A stretch of 64,000 nucleotides of DNA, taken from the NCBI RefSeq assembly GCF_009914755.1, contig NC_060927.1; one strand, 5' to 3'. This DNA is from the human T2T-CHM13v2.0 reference genome, Homo sapiens. Shown piece by piece: positions 26,171 to 38,528 of the stretch. The position numbers and the translations under genes are program-made. Each line of letters begins with the position of its first letter. Position 1 is the first letter of the stretch. The notes under the pieces are model-generated. The model worked only from the letters and a program-made list of their open reading frames with translations. It searched no databases and was not told the origin of the DNA.

Positions 26171-27189
26171 ATCCTAAGGCAGCTTTTAAGATGACAACTC
26201 TGGTTTCAAAATGGAGAACAGATTGAAGGGCACCCAAGTAAACTGAGAGGACCAGTAAGGATGTTTTTGTGGTATTTAGTAATGTACGTGGAAGACTTAC
26301 CATGTCAAAGCCTAAGGACAGAGCAGTGAATAATACTATTCCTTTCATGGAGGAGATGATGACTTAGATTCAAGCCTCAGCTATATCAATCAGTTGCCAT
26401 TCAGTGGACCGAACTATCTAAGCCCATCTTGATAAACAAGAATAAGACTATGCTGAGTCTTTTAGAGGTTATTCATAGAGAGAAAGCTTTCGTTTCATCT
26501 GATTCAGTCTACTCCCATGAGACCTAGCCTCACTGTCAGTGAACAAAGTTCAAATTGAATTATGAATGAGAAGGTTTCAAATTTTTCTCTTAATCCCAGT
26601 ATCTTCTTTTACTGAATGTTAAATAAAACATAGCATCCCAGTAAATGCATTGGGTTAAAAGAGTCCTAATTTTTAGTCCTAACTGAGGGAGTCACTTAAA
26701 TTTCTCAAATCAATTCTTAGAACTGGCATCCTATGCAGGCAAGAGCAAATGAGAACAATGAGGAAATATGGTAAGCTAGCTAAAGAAACAGTTTGGAATT
26801 TTAAAAGACATTGGCAAAAGATTTAGCAAAAGCAAACCATCAAGAAGGACTATATATAAGAATGACAGAAACCTGGAAGAACATACTAAGGAAAGTTAAA
26901 TTCCCCCAGTAACTTATGGCTTCCCAAAAATGCTAAGAGCAACCTAAAGAGCTTTTTGTAGTTAAGTTCCAAGCAAGAAAAACAAGGAAGGGACAAACCT
27001 ACTGCCTGAATCCAATAATGTGTAGGTGATAGAGAATTCAGATTTTTCTCAAGCAACTATGTTGTTTCTGCTAAAATGCCTAGAAGAAATAGTGTCAAGA
27101 GAAAAATAAACCCAAGATAGGGGAAGAGATTTATAAGACAGCATCTTGCTCTCCTCAATGATTGAATTACCCAGGATGCATGACACAGG

Positions 27190-27342
27190 GAAAGGGAAAG
27201 CCCTGATTTGTACCATCTATTGATTCCTGTGGTGTAAATCCTCTCACTACAGCTGGTTTCAAGATACCAGTGTGGAGTTGGGAAGAGATGTACACAGCCG
27301 GCTCTCACAAGCCAGTAAGAGCCAGGTCCTGTATATCACTCC
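27190..27342 (+). mobile_element. MER63-like hAT-Blackjack remnant
   Basis: aaagccctgatttgta...gtggtgtaaat...ggagttgggaagagatg...cggctctc. Confidence 0.65.
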
Positions 27343-27569
27343 CTGCATAAGAACTACATTCCTAAAACCAGAAAGAAAAAAAAAAAACTATCGAAATAGT
27401 GCCACACCAATGCTAAGGAATTTTGAGGCACCAAGGAGAGGTGCCAGAAGTTAGAATAAGTTAAGTATAGTTATAATTATTTTAAAACATAAGTAGATTC
27501 TGAAAACTGTGGACTAGTGACCCTGAGGTATATTCTAGAATGTATCTTTAAGTGAATTTTTATGAATAA

Positions 27570-28540
27570 TTAGGGAAACAGTAATCACTAGAGGCCAGCT
27601 TGAGTTCACTGAGAAAAAAATCATGTCAGACACCTTTTCCATTGGCCTCATTGTTTAGTCTGAAGGATTAAGTTTTTAAATGATGGACATAATACATCTA
27701 GAATTTAGGAAAGTTCAAGTCCAGACCAGAGATTGGCAAACTGGCTCTTACACTAAATCTGGCCTGCTGACTTTTTAAAAATAAAGTTTTATTCTAACAC
27801 AACCATTTGTTACATACTGGCTATAGCTGCTTTTGCACAACGATATTAGTAGAATGGCTGCAACGGAGACTTTAAGGCACTGAAAGCATAAAATATTTAC
27901 TATCTGATCCATTATAAAAAAAAGTCTGCTGACCCCTGGCCTATTATGGAGAAGTCTGGACGTTCGTAAAACGTTGTGTAGGTTCATAATCTTAATGAAT
28001 AGCCATATTTAAATGTTTTTAATTCATGGACTAATCACATGCTGGAGAAAGATTTCTCGTAGCAGAATCCTGGGTTCTGTCCTGACTATGTCTTATGCAA
28101 TGTTTTACTATCAACTATGTGAAAGAGGGCATTGGCATGGCATGCAGACCAATTTTGCAGGTGATCTACGTTCAAAATGGCCATTGACTACCTTGCATGG
28201 TTGAAGCAAGTTCAAGTAAACTAGACAAGCAAACAAAAGCAGCTGTGATGATTAGACACAGTCTAAGAACGCAGTGTTCAGATTCATGGAAAAACAATAA
28301 GTGGATCAAGAAAGTGAGCTGCATTTAAGTAATTAAAGGTCTGTCATTTAGAAAAGGAATTTAATTAATTTTTAAAGAGTGCATGGAATTTATAGCCAAA
28401 CACATTTCAGTTTAATATAAGAATGAACCACCCAGCAGACTTTCTTTGGTAGGTAGTGAGTTTCTTGTTATTGATGGTGTTCAAACATAGACTGGCAGAA
28501 CCGTTAGGAATGTTGTAGAAGGATTCATGCCTATACAGTC
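27570..28540 (+). mobile_element. L3/CR1 LINE fossil (RT region to 3' end), interrupted by MER58A
   Basis: Degenerate CR1 RT motifs at ~28070-28165 (gggttctgtcctg...atcaactatgtgaaagagggcatt...ttttgcaggtgatc, about GSVL..IND..EGI..FADD); 3' end gtgttcaaacatagactgg...ggaatgttgtagaaggattc. Confidence 0.55.
27727..27938. mobile_element. MER58A (hAT-Charlie)
   Basis: cagagattggcaaact...aaataaagttttatt...aaaatatttactatctg...gctgacccctg. Confidence 0.8.
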
Positions 28541-30239
28541 TTTTCTTTCCCAGAATTTGTGGTTCTCTGAGCCTGCTTCATTATCTGTATAATGAAAATG
28601 AAATTAGAGATACTCTCTAATGCCAGATTCTTTTGACACAATGAATTCTAGATTCAGAAGAGCAGCTCATACCATCTATAAGGAGGTTGCTTTGTTCAGA
28701 AATACAGATATCCCTTAACTGTCTAACAGCATTGCTTACTGGCAAAAACAGGGTGTTTTTTTTTCTTTTTTTCTTTTCTTTTTCTTTTTTCTTTTTTTTT
28801 TTTAACCAATTTCAATGGCATCTGTTTCTTCAGAGTAAGTAAGCCACTCGAGGCAAGCCAGCTCCATCTCTAATTAGTCAGTTACATCAGTAATAGGATG
28901 ATAATGGAAAGGACTTGGAGTCATAGGAATTTTATAATAAACCAATGGCCTCTTTTATGGAGACTGGCAGAAAGACTTCAGAGATGTTCAATCAGATATA
29001 ACTATAACTGCAAAGATGAACCTGCCAAGAGTTTGATAACAGGGAAGCAGACCAAATACAAATAGGTGAGATGTAAATTGGCCAAAACTATAAAATGGTT
29101 GAAGGCATGAATTGGTTCAAAAATGTAAAATTGAATAAGTAACTTAATATTTTAGCCAGAGATCTCACCACTACCTTTACAGATAATGCTTTATCAGATT
29201 TGTAGATATCATCTAATTATATACTAGCTTTATAAAGCAATAACATATGAGTTAAGGGATATGCAATTAATGAAAATTCATCTAGACAAAAATCTCTCAA
29301 CTCTATTTTGCATTCCAGCTTTAACATGCTATTTAAGATCTCAACAATCTTTTCAGCAATGTCTAAAAAGAAGACACCAGATTTTTTTTGTCTCATTACA
29401 AATTTTGTGTTTCTTACTTCAGGGAAAATTTTTAAATAGGAATAGTCACCTCCAACTCAAAGGTGCAATGGCCATTGTTAATTAATTTGTCATTGTGGCA
29501 AATTTGCAGAGTTCAACAGAAATATACAAATCACTTGTCTCAAATACCCTGAGGAGCTAAACAATGCCTATGTGCATACAAATACTACTGAAGAAATGTG
29601 TAGCCTATGTCAGAGGGACAGTTCTCACAAAGATAATCTCACCACAGTCTTGCCCTAATACAGTGATTGTCAACTTTACAAGATCTAATACTGCCTTTTG
29701 ATAACAGAAGTGAAATTACTCTCTCGAAATGAAATTAATAAATAGTATAACATCCCTATATATGTAATTCAGAAAAATCAGTGTAACTCTCAAATGTGAG
29801 ATAAAGGAGAAATATAAGAAAATCTGTTTTAAAATGTTTGTTTTAATTTGTAAATAGTCTGGCACATAATGCCAGAAGACATAATGATATAGAGTTGTGT
29901 ACATATTTATAATGAGTATTAGATTTAAGGGAAGTAAATTTACCTAGATACAGTTGCCATATTATGTTTTATATTTTAAAATACAAGCTAAGTAAAAATA
30001 CGTGTGCACATGGGTGTAGGTGTGTAGATATAAACTCAAGAATACAACATTGTAAATAAAAACAAGTTGTTTTATTGATGATTCAAATCCACAAGCCAGG
30101 CTACTGTTGCTGACATGATTTTTCTAAAATGATAACTGATTCTTAGTAAAATTGAGAACAAAAGAGTACAATTTTTCCCCCATTTACATGATAGTTGCAT
30201 TCCTGGGTAATTTTAACATAAATCAAAATAATGCCAATG

Positions 30240-30654
30240 CAAGCATCCATCAATTGACAAACGGATAAAAGACACTAGGACATATTCATATGATAAAATA
30301 TTACTCAAGCATAAAAAGGGATGAAATATTGATACATATTACAACATGGATGAATCTTGAAAACCTTATGCTAAGTGAAAGAAGCTAGACTCAAAAGGTC
30401 ACATATTATATGATTCCATTTATATGAAATGTCTGGAATAGGTAAATCTATAGAGACAGAAGTAATTTAATTTCTGAGGGCTAGAAAGAAGGGGGACATG
30501 AGGGAGTGACTGCTAATTGGAGACTAAAATGTTCTGGAATTAGATACTGGTAATCGTTGTACAATCTTATGAATATACTGAAAACCACCAAATTATAGAC
30601 CACTTAAAAAGAGTAAATTTTATGGAATGTTAATTATGTCTGAAGTTTTAAAAA
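30240..30654 (+). mobile_element. L1MB-type 3' end fragment, within an older hAT remnant (~30170-30935)
   Basis: acaacatggatgaatcttgaaaaccttatgctaagtgaaagaagc...tatgattccatttatatgaaatgtc. Confidence 0.8.
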
Positions 30655-31365
30655 TTACTTTTTATAAACTGAGTTCATTTCTGGGCTTATATCATTATGA
30701 GCAGGTTTTTCACTTACATTAATATTCAATGAGACATTAACAATTCAGTGGGACAACAATTCTTCTTTGAGCAGAAATACATCGTACACTTCAGGACATA
30801 TAGCACTTCTCCCAGCCTACCACATAGTAGCAGCATCCCACAACTGCTGTAACAACCAAGAAATCATTGCACAAATTTCCATGTGGCCCTCAAAGGTATT
30901 TTTAGATTTAGGTATTGTGCCTTTTGAGAACCATGGCCCTGGCAGCATGCATGCAAATATAACCAAAATGTATAAATAGTTTGTAGTACAATTCCCTGGA
31001 TTTCTAAACTGACAAATAGCCACGACTTTTCACCCCTTAGAGACCACTTCAAGGACTGTCCTAGATGTGTGACTTGGTCCCCTCACCTGTCTATCTGTCA
31101 TATTTCATCCCAACTTTTAAGATAGCAGTGTGGCATGTTTTCTTGTGCAGTAATCTATGCAATATTTGCAGGATTCTGAGTTATTTTTCTAAATAAATAT
31201 GACTAGGATGTGCAGTATTTTTGAGAATTTGCAATATCCCTTAAGGTTCAAAAATATGTTTCTCAAAGAGGAAAAGTTCAGCAATGTGCTTCAAGGCAGA
31301 GGATAAAAACACAAAAAAGATTCCAAGCTAGATGTTTTCCTGTTTCTCAAATATTTAATTTTTTA

Positions 31366-31689
<324 letters not shown>

Positions 31690-32622
31690 CTAAGAGGGCC
31701 TCAAGGCATGGGAAGGGCTTCAAATGCAAAACCTAGTAGCAGAGTGCTTGCAGAATTATAGAAGCACTGTGGACTACTGGTGTCACCAAAAACAGCAAAC
31801 AATCTTTCCAGTTTTTATTTTCAGTAATTGGCCCCTTCCAAGTACTGAAGACTTAAAACAAGGATCTAAGTCCGTGATTCTGAAACCAAGTTTTGGCATA
31901 CACAGGGATGTCTCCAATGGTTTCAAGGAAAATCTAAAATTCTTAAAATACTTCATTTTTTTTTCCAAAATAAAATATCTCCCCAGAGTATCCTAGAAGA
32001 CATGGGTAATGTAGCGCAGACTTTCACAAAGTTGATATCCCAGCCTGCTGGCCACTGGCTGATATCACTGCAAGAATGCCTTCTGTAACCTCCTGTGAAT
32101 CACTTTTACTTGTGGGATGGGATTTTAATGAAACAATCATTAAGTTTAAACATTGACCGTAGTCCCAAAGAGAGAGGAAAGGAATGTATTTTATTCAAAA
32201 ATGTCATTCTTTATTCTAAACATCGAGTGAAGATTTTAAAATCCCATAGTAGGATTAGAGACATGTCTTGTGTTTTTCTATGATAATTCCATTTGACCTC
32301 TTAACAGAAGCACTGTGAATTCTACAACTGGAAATAAAAACTCCTTTTTGTTGAATATTTTAATCTGAACATACAATTAATTCCCTCTTTGAATAAAATG
32401 AAGTCTAGCCTTCAACTTGACCACTCAGCTTTTCACACTGGTTTAAGCTTATATCTAAAAAGAATAATAGATTCGGGTCAGATTGAGCACACTATTAAAG
32501 AAACTCAAGATAGACTAAAAGTCTATTTTGGGGATAGTCTTTCAGTGGGGATAAAATTGGTGGTCATTATGTTGGTTTTTATAACTTCTGAGATTTTTTA
32601 CAGATTTTAATGACATTTGAAA

Positions 32623-32635
32623 TGTGTGTCTGTGT

Positions 32636-32666
<31 letters not shown>
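32623..32666. repeat. (TG)n(AG)n microsatellite
   Basis: Direct reading. Confidence 0.9.
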
Positions 32667-32667
<1 letters not shown>

Positions 32668-32881
32668 TGAATTTTACTGAGGCAGCTTTAAAGTTTTATG
32701 GGTTTCAAAGTTGACTGATCCCAACATTATTTAATAATCTGTAGAAAAGTGACTCATTTAGGCTTTCACTCTGCCCTATCTGCTATTAGAACTGCCAGCT
32801 CCCAGGCCAAAACCCCTGAACATGCAGGAGGATCCCTATGTTCATTACCATCGTTTCATACTGGAACTCTTTTGCTTCACG

Positions 32882-34220
32882 TTTTTTAACTTTTAATTAT
32901 GGAAAATATCACACATAAAAGTAGACAGAATGACAATGTCATGAAAAGAGACAACCAGACATTGTGTGCTTCTCGATGGAAATACACATCTCCACCTATA
33001 AAGAAGTCTTGCCTAAAAAAAACAAAGAACAGATCAAATACAATGTAAATCTGATCAAGCCTTTAGATCTAACTACTAACTTACAGAAAATTCAAGAGAC
33101 AGAAGAACATTTTAGACAACACCATGGAGATGTTATCAACAAAATGCAGACTTTGGGAAAACTTTACAGAACAGAGAAAATCCAAATTTTCAAACTTAAA
33201 AGTAGATAGAATTGTGTAATAACTCTTCTGTACTCATCACTCAGTTTCAACAAGTGCTAGTACATGGCCCATCTTGTTTCATCCATATACCCACCCAGTT
33301 CCCAACCTCAGATTATTTTAAAGCAAATTATATCTTCTGTAAATATATCACACTGTATCTGTAAAAAATAAGCCATTTTCCTCAAACTTAACCATAATAC
33401 AATTATCAAAACAAATAAAAAATTAACAATACATTATTAATACTATCAACTACCAAGTCAGTGATATTTCCCATGGTCTACTGTCTTACAATTTTTCAGT
33501 AAATTGCTTGAGTCCAAATAAGTTCCATATATTATAATTGATTGATATGTCTCTTAATGTCCATTTTAATTTATATGTTTCCTTTCTGCCTTTCTTTTTT
33601 TCTTCTTTGAAAAAATTTTTAAGAAGTGAATTGTCTCTGCTCTCTGAAGTTTTCCCAAAGTCTGCATTTTGTTGATAACATCCCCATGGTGTTGTTTAAA
33701 ATGTTCCTCTGTCTCTTGAATTTTCTATAAATTAGTAGTTAAATCTAAAGGCTTGATCAGATTTACATTGTATTTTTTTGTTCTTTGTTTTTTCGGGCGA
33801 GACTTCATAGGTGGAGATGTGTATTTCCTTGTAGAGGCACATAGTGTCTGGTTGTCTCTTTTCATGACATTATCAGCCATTGATGACAACTTCTCAGATA
33901 CACTAATATTTTAGCAGTTACAAAGGATGATATTTTAAATTTTATCATTCTTCCTTTGTTCGTTAGCCGAATACTTCTCTAAAGAGAAATTTTCTCACAT
34001 CGTTATCCAGAGGTACAGATTTTATAAGAAGGCATGATAAATGCTTGATTCTCCTGGTTTATCAGCTTTCAAAATATGGAATTCTTTCACCAGCAACCTT
34101 GAAAGAAGCTAACGAATATTTTAGTATGATAATTACTTTATGGAAGTAAACATATTTGATGCATTTCTCTCCTTTGCACGTATTATTCTTACTGATGCTC
34201 AAATTGCCCCATCTTCAGCC
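32882..34220 (-). mobile_element. Old L1M (L1MC/L1ME-type) 3' region containing an inverted internal duplication
   Basis: ttttaattatggaaaat...catggcccatcttgtttcatc...ctgatgctcaaattgccccatctt is typical of old L1M 3' ends. Confidence 0.7.
32931..33875. repeat. ~260-bp inverted repeat (arms 32931-33195 and 33606-33875)
   Basis: Manual alignment of arm 1 to the reverse complement of arm 2 gives ~90% identity. Confidence 0.93.
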
Positions 34221-35579
34221 AATTGAAACTTACTGAGGTCTTGCCAAGGACTTATAAAAGAAAACTACAAAAAAAATTCCGGTAGAAATTTCAAGGTCTT
34301 CCTGAGCAGCACATTAAAAACTCCCTTCCTTTGTAGAGTCCTTTACAGAGTACAAATGCTCTATCATTTTATTTGGTCATCTCCAAAGTAAAAATAACAT
34401 TGGCGGTCAGCTCTCGGGTGATAGATGGTGGTGTCCACATTCTGTAGAAGAGTACACACAGCTCAGATAATTGAAGCCACTCTGCCTGTGTCACCAGGGC
34501 TTCTTGATAGTAAAGCTGTGATGAGATATCAGGTCCAATTTCAGGGCTCTTAACATTGTATCTTAATAAAGCTAAGCCACATTTTCCTCATGCTTATTAT
34601 TTTTTATTATTCCTTTATACTTGAGAACAGTCTTAGGCACTTGTTAGGTACTTGACAAAACAAATGTGGAATGACAAGAACATTGATACCCCTTCCTGTA
34701 GAACATTTTCATGCTACAGGCTACCATGGTGAATTATATATTATGTTATATTTTCTCTTGTTTGGAACCCAGTACATAAAGCTCAACAAAAAGTCCATTC
34801 TCCAGGATGGAGAAAGATTAAGAAAGTGTTGCAAGTCAGCATTTTACAGAGAGAAAATTTTATTTTAACAAACTCTAGTCAGTTGTTTGAGCAAATGTAC
34901 CAAGAAGGTGAAAGAAAAGAGTTTTTAAATGATTCTTTTTTCAGACAATCTTTTCCTGAAAAAGATTAGGAACTTTGATATGTGTCTTACCACTGTTGGA
35001 CATTTGGCTCTAACCCAATAAACTAGATCTTTTCCCCGCTGGCTGGAGACATAAAATGAGCATAATATCTTAAGCATATTTCAAGTAGATTAGCTGCAAT
35101 TGTAGTGTTCAAAATGGTCAAATGCTCTGAAACCATTAGCTTCTTTCCTCCATCACCATTCCTATTACATTGTAGGGTTCAATGCAATTGGGAGTAAGTG
35201 GGAATTTGCTGAAGAGTAAAGTAGTGATTTTGTTCTCCAAGCAAGGTAACAAAATTTACATAATAAGATGAAATAAAACATTTCACCTAATGACTGTTTA
35301 AAGAAACAATTGACTAAAAAAATAATAAGCATGATTCAAATTAACATCAAGGCAAAAGTATTTTAGCAAAAGAATAACAGATGCCAATAACCTCTTTCTA
35401 CATTTGTTTCCTCTTACTAAAGCTGGTCCCTTCTAATAGAAAGGGGCCTCTGGTTTGTGCTACAAGAAATTAAGTTGATACCACAACAATATGAAACATC
35501 TGAATGAAAAGCTAAAATTGAAATCAGCCAGGTTGTAACAGATGTCTTGATGCACAACTGTCTTACACCAAAAGTCTAG

Positions 35580-35800
35580 ATCGTAGGTTAGAAAGTATTT
35601 TCTGCAAAGGAACAGATAGTAATTATTTTAGACTTTGCAGGAAACTACTGAACTCTGCCATCAATATGTGAAAGAGCCATACACAATACATAAACAAACG
35701 GACAGGGCTGTATTCTGATACAACTTAATTACAAAATTGTTTACAAAAACAAGCAGCAAGCCAGATTTGGTGTAGGAGCCATAGTTTGCAGACCTCCGAT
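35580..35800. mobile_element. MER58A
   Basis: ttttctgcaaaggaacagatagtaattattttag...ccagatttgg...ccatagtttgc. Confidence 0.75.
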
Positions 35801-36619
35801 ATGGATGATAGCAGAAGAGTGTACTTTCATCTGAGAATTTGGCACTTAGTTGCAGGGTGAGAGTAAAAGTGCAGACTGTAGAATATTTTTTTAAAGAACT
35901 GGGCTACCTAAGGGGCCACAGCTCAAATTTCTAAAGGCTGAAGAATTTCAGTTCCATGAGAAATGTAGGTGCATATGAGACATTCGGAAGGGGTAGAACT
36001 GTAGCTAAGCAGAAAGAACCCAGTGTCAAAGAATCCTGTTACTCAGATGCACCTGATTGTCACCATGTGGAAATGTACAGGATCACCATCTCCACTAATT
36101 TTTCTATGAAATCTTCCTATTTTTAGATGCTGGAAAATAATGTAAAAATTTTAAGACAATGTACAGACAAACTGAAACAAATCTCAGGACATCCGGAAAA
36201 GTACCTAGGAGGCACATAGTAGGTTCTCAGTATGTTGGAAGGGAATATGGGTGGGAAGGAACAAGAAAGGGAGGAAATGAGGCTGAGAAGGAAAAAAGGG
36301 AAAAAGAAAAAAGAAAAGGAGACAGACAGCAAAAACCATTCCCTAAACAACAGTTTTTAAACTCTGGGCAAGAGGTTACACGCTAGTCATTCATATTTGG
36401 TAACAGCTCTAGCCTGATGACATGGTATATGTTAGAAGAGAGGAGATGTTTTATATTTGTTTAACCAAAATGATAAGTGCTGTTTTCAACCTAATAGAAA
36501 TGAAATAAATTGAAGTCCAAGATGGTGAAAGAAGAAATCTCTATTTTTATTCATTGCCCCCACTGTGGGACACAGGACAATTGTTCACCTTTAGCCTCAG
36601 CACATCTATACTAATATTC

Positions 36620-36777
36620 TTTTGCATGAGATCAGCTGGGGAGCTTTGTAAAAATGCCTGAGTCCCAAACCCCAGAGATTCTGACTTAATGGGTACATTG
36701 TGAGTCCCAGACTTCAATATTTCTTTTTAAAGTGTCATATGTTATTCTAAAGCACAGCCAAGCCAGAGAACCACTAT
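36620..36777. mobile_element. MER5-type MITE
   Basis: ctggggagctttgtaaaaatg...ccccagagattctgacttaatggg...gagaaccact. Confidence 0.7.
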
Positions 36778-36971
36778 TCTAAACTAAGCGTACACAGTGT
36801 TAGGATTTGGATTTAGGAAGATTAGACAACACAGAATTGCTTCAGATTGCTATTAAGTGACATAGCCAGTAAGGATATGTTTTGGAATTGAATCATCCAG
36901 AAAGTTCAACAGTCAACCACAATGACACTCCCTAACCCTTCCCCAAAGGATAACCTGACCCATGTCTCAGA

Positions 36972-37288
36972 TCAGAGGTTGGCGACTGCCTGCTTTTGTA
37001 TGGCCTCTGAGGTAAGAATATTTTTTATATGTTTAAATTATTGGGAAACATTTTTTTAAAGAATACAGTTAGTGACATGTCAAAATTCTATAAAATTGTA
37101 ATTTCAGTGTCTATACATAAAGTTTTACTGGAACACTGCCAAGTGCACTCATTTATGTATTATCTATGGTTGCCTTCACTCTGCAATGGCAGAGTTAAAT
37201 AATTACAACAGGGACTGTGAGTCCCACAAAGCCCCAAATATTTACTATCTGTTTGGTTTTTTTTACAGAAAAGGTTTGCCAACCCATG
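36972..37288. mobile_element. MER58B-like
   Basis: cagaggttggc...ataaagttttactggaacac...aaatatttactatctg...ggtttgccaaccc. Confidence 0.75.
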
Positions 37289-37404
37289 TTTTAGAGGAAG
37301 ACTAACAAATATAAAAAACATATTTGATGTCTCAGTAGGTTAACCCAACAAATGTTTATTTCCCCCCGCCATGTAACACTGACACAGGTTCCTTCCATCT
37401 GACT

Positions 37405-37925
37405 CCAAAATTCTTAACCTCTTTCTGCCTTGGATACTGGGCAGTCTGGTGTTGTCTGTCAATACTTTTGCACAGTAGTAGTTTTAAAATGCATAAAATA
37501 AAATTCATGGGATTTAAAGAAAATTATATTAAAACTCAGTGATCAAACTATTTAAAAACAAATTTAATATGTAGTAATATACATGCTTCATTATTAAAGT
37601 ATTAAATAACAAAACCTAGCAGCAAGTTTCATAAGTATCATAATTTTTAAGGAGTCTTGAGGGTAAAAATACTTTGAAATATCCACAACAACTATAATGG
37701 GATATGAAAAATCTGTAATTTCTCTAGGTGACAAAGTTACAGGTACTTGTAATAGCATGGTGGTGATTTGCCTACATTCATAATAGAAGGAAGTGCTAAA
37801 ATCAAGTTAGAGCCTCCTGAAAATACAGATGTAGAATTTTGTAACCAAGCTTAGAAAATGGTTGAACTCCTTGAATTTTATCCATAGACTAAGGGGTCCT
37901 TGGATTCCAAGCTAAAAATACCTGA
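37405..37925. mobile_element. hAT-Charlie remnant (Charlie4-like)
   Basis: ttcttaacct...gggcagtctggtg...ggtgacaaagttacaggtac...ttgcctacattcataat. Confidence 0.5.
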
Positions 37926-38249
37926 GAGGTTTCTACATTTCAGGGCCTATGAAACCTTCCACGAAGCCTCTGCTTCCTATCAGCCAGCAAAGAAGAGAGA
38001 GCAAGCTCAGAGGACCACTCCAGAGATGTTAAAGAACAGGCTTGGAAGTGGTATAAAATACAGCTGCCCACATTCCACTAAGCACAACTCTGGCTTATGG
38101 CCCCACCTAACTGTAGGGAAAGCTGGTTTAAAAAATAAAAAAGTCCACTTGTACACCTCGAAGGGAAAAGAGATAGCTTGCTGAATGCCCATTCAGTGCC
38201 CACTATAACCTCCTCTCCAGGGTACTCCTCTCCAGAAAGCTATGGGAAG

Positions 38250-38528
38250 CCATATAAGTTGGCTCAAGCTGCCAATAAGAACACCAAAGCCTAAGTAGCT
38301 TAAGCAACAGACATTTACTTTCTCACAGTTCCAGAGGCTGGGAAGTCCAAGATTAAGGTACTGGCCAATTTTTTATCTCTCAAGGGCTTTCTTCCTGGCT
38401 GGTTGATGACTGCTTTCTCACTCTGTCCTCATATGGCAGAGAAAGAGAGAGAAAGAGCACACACAGTCACCCTGGGGGCTAGGTCTTCAACACATGAATT
38501 TGGGGGGAATACAACTCAATCCATGGCA
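38250..38528 (-). mobile_element. MLT1 (MaLR) LTR, internally deleted
   Basis: cttaagcaacagacatttactttctcacagttccagaggctgggaagtccaag...tcaacacatgaatttggggg...caatccatggca. Confidence 0.75.
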
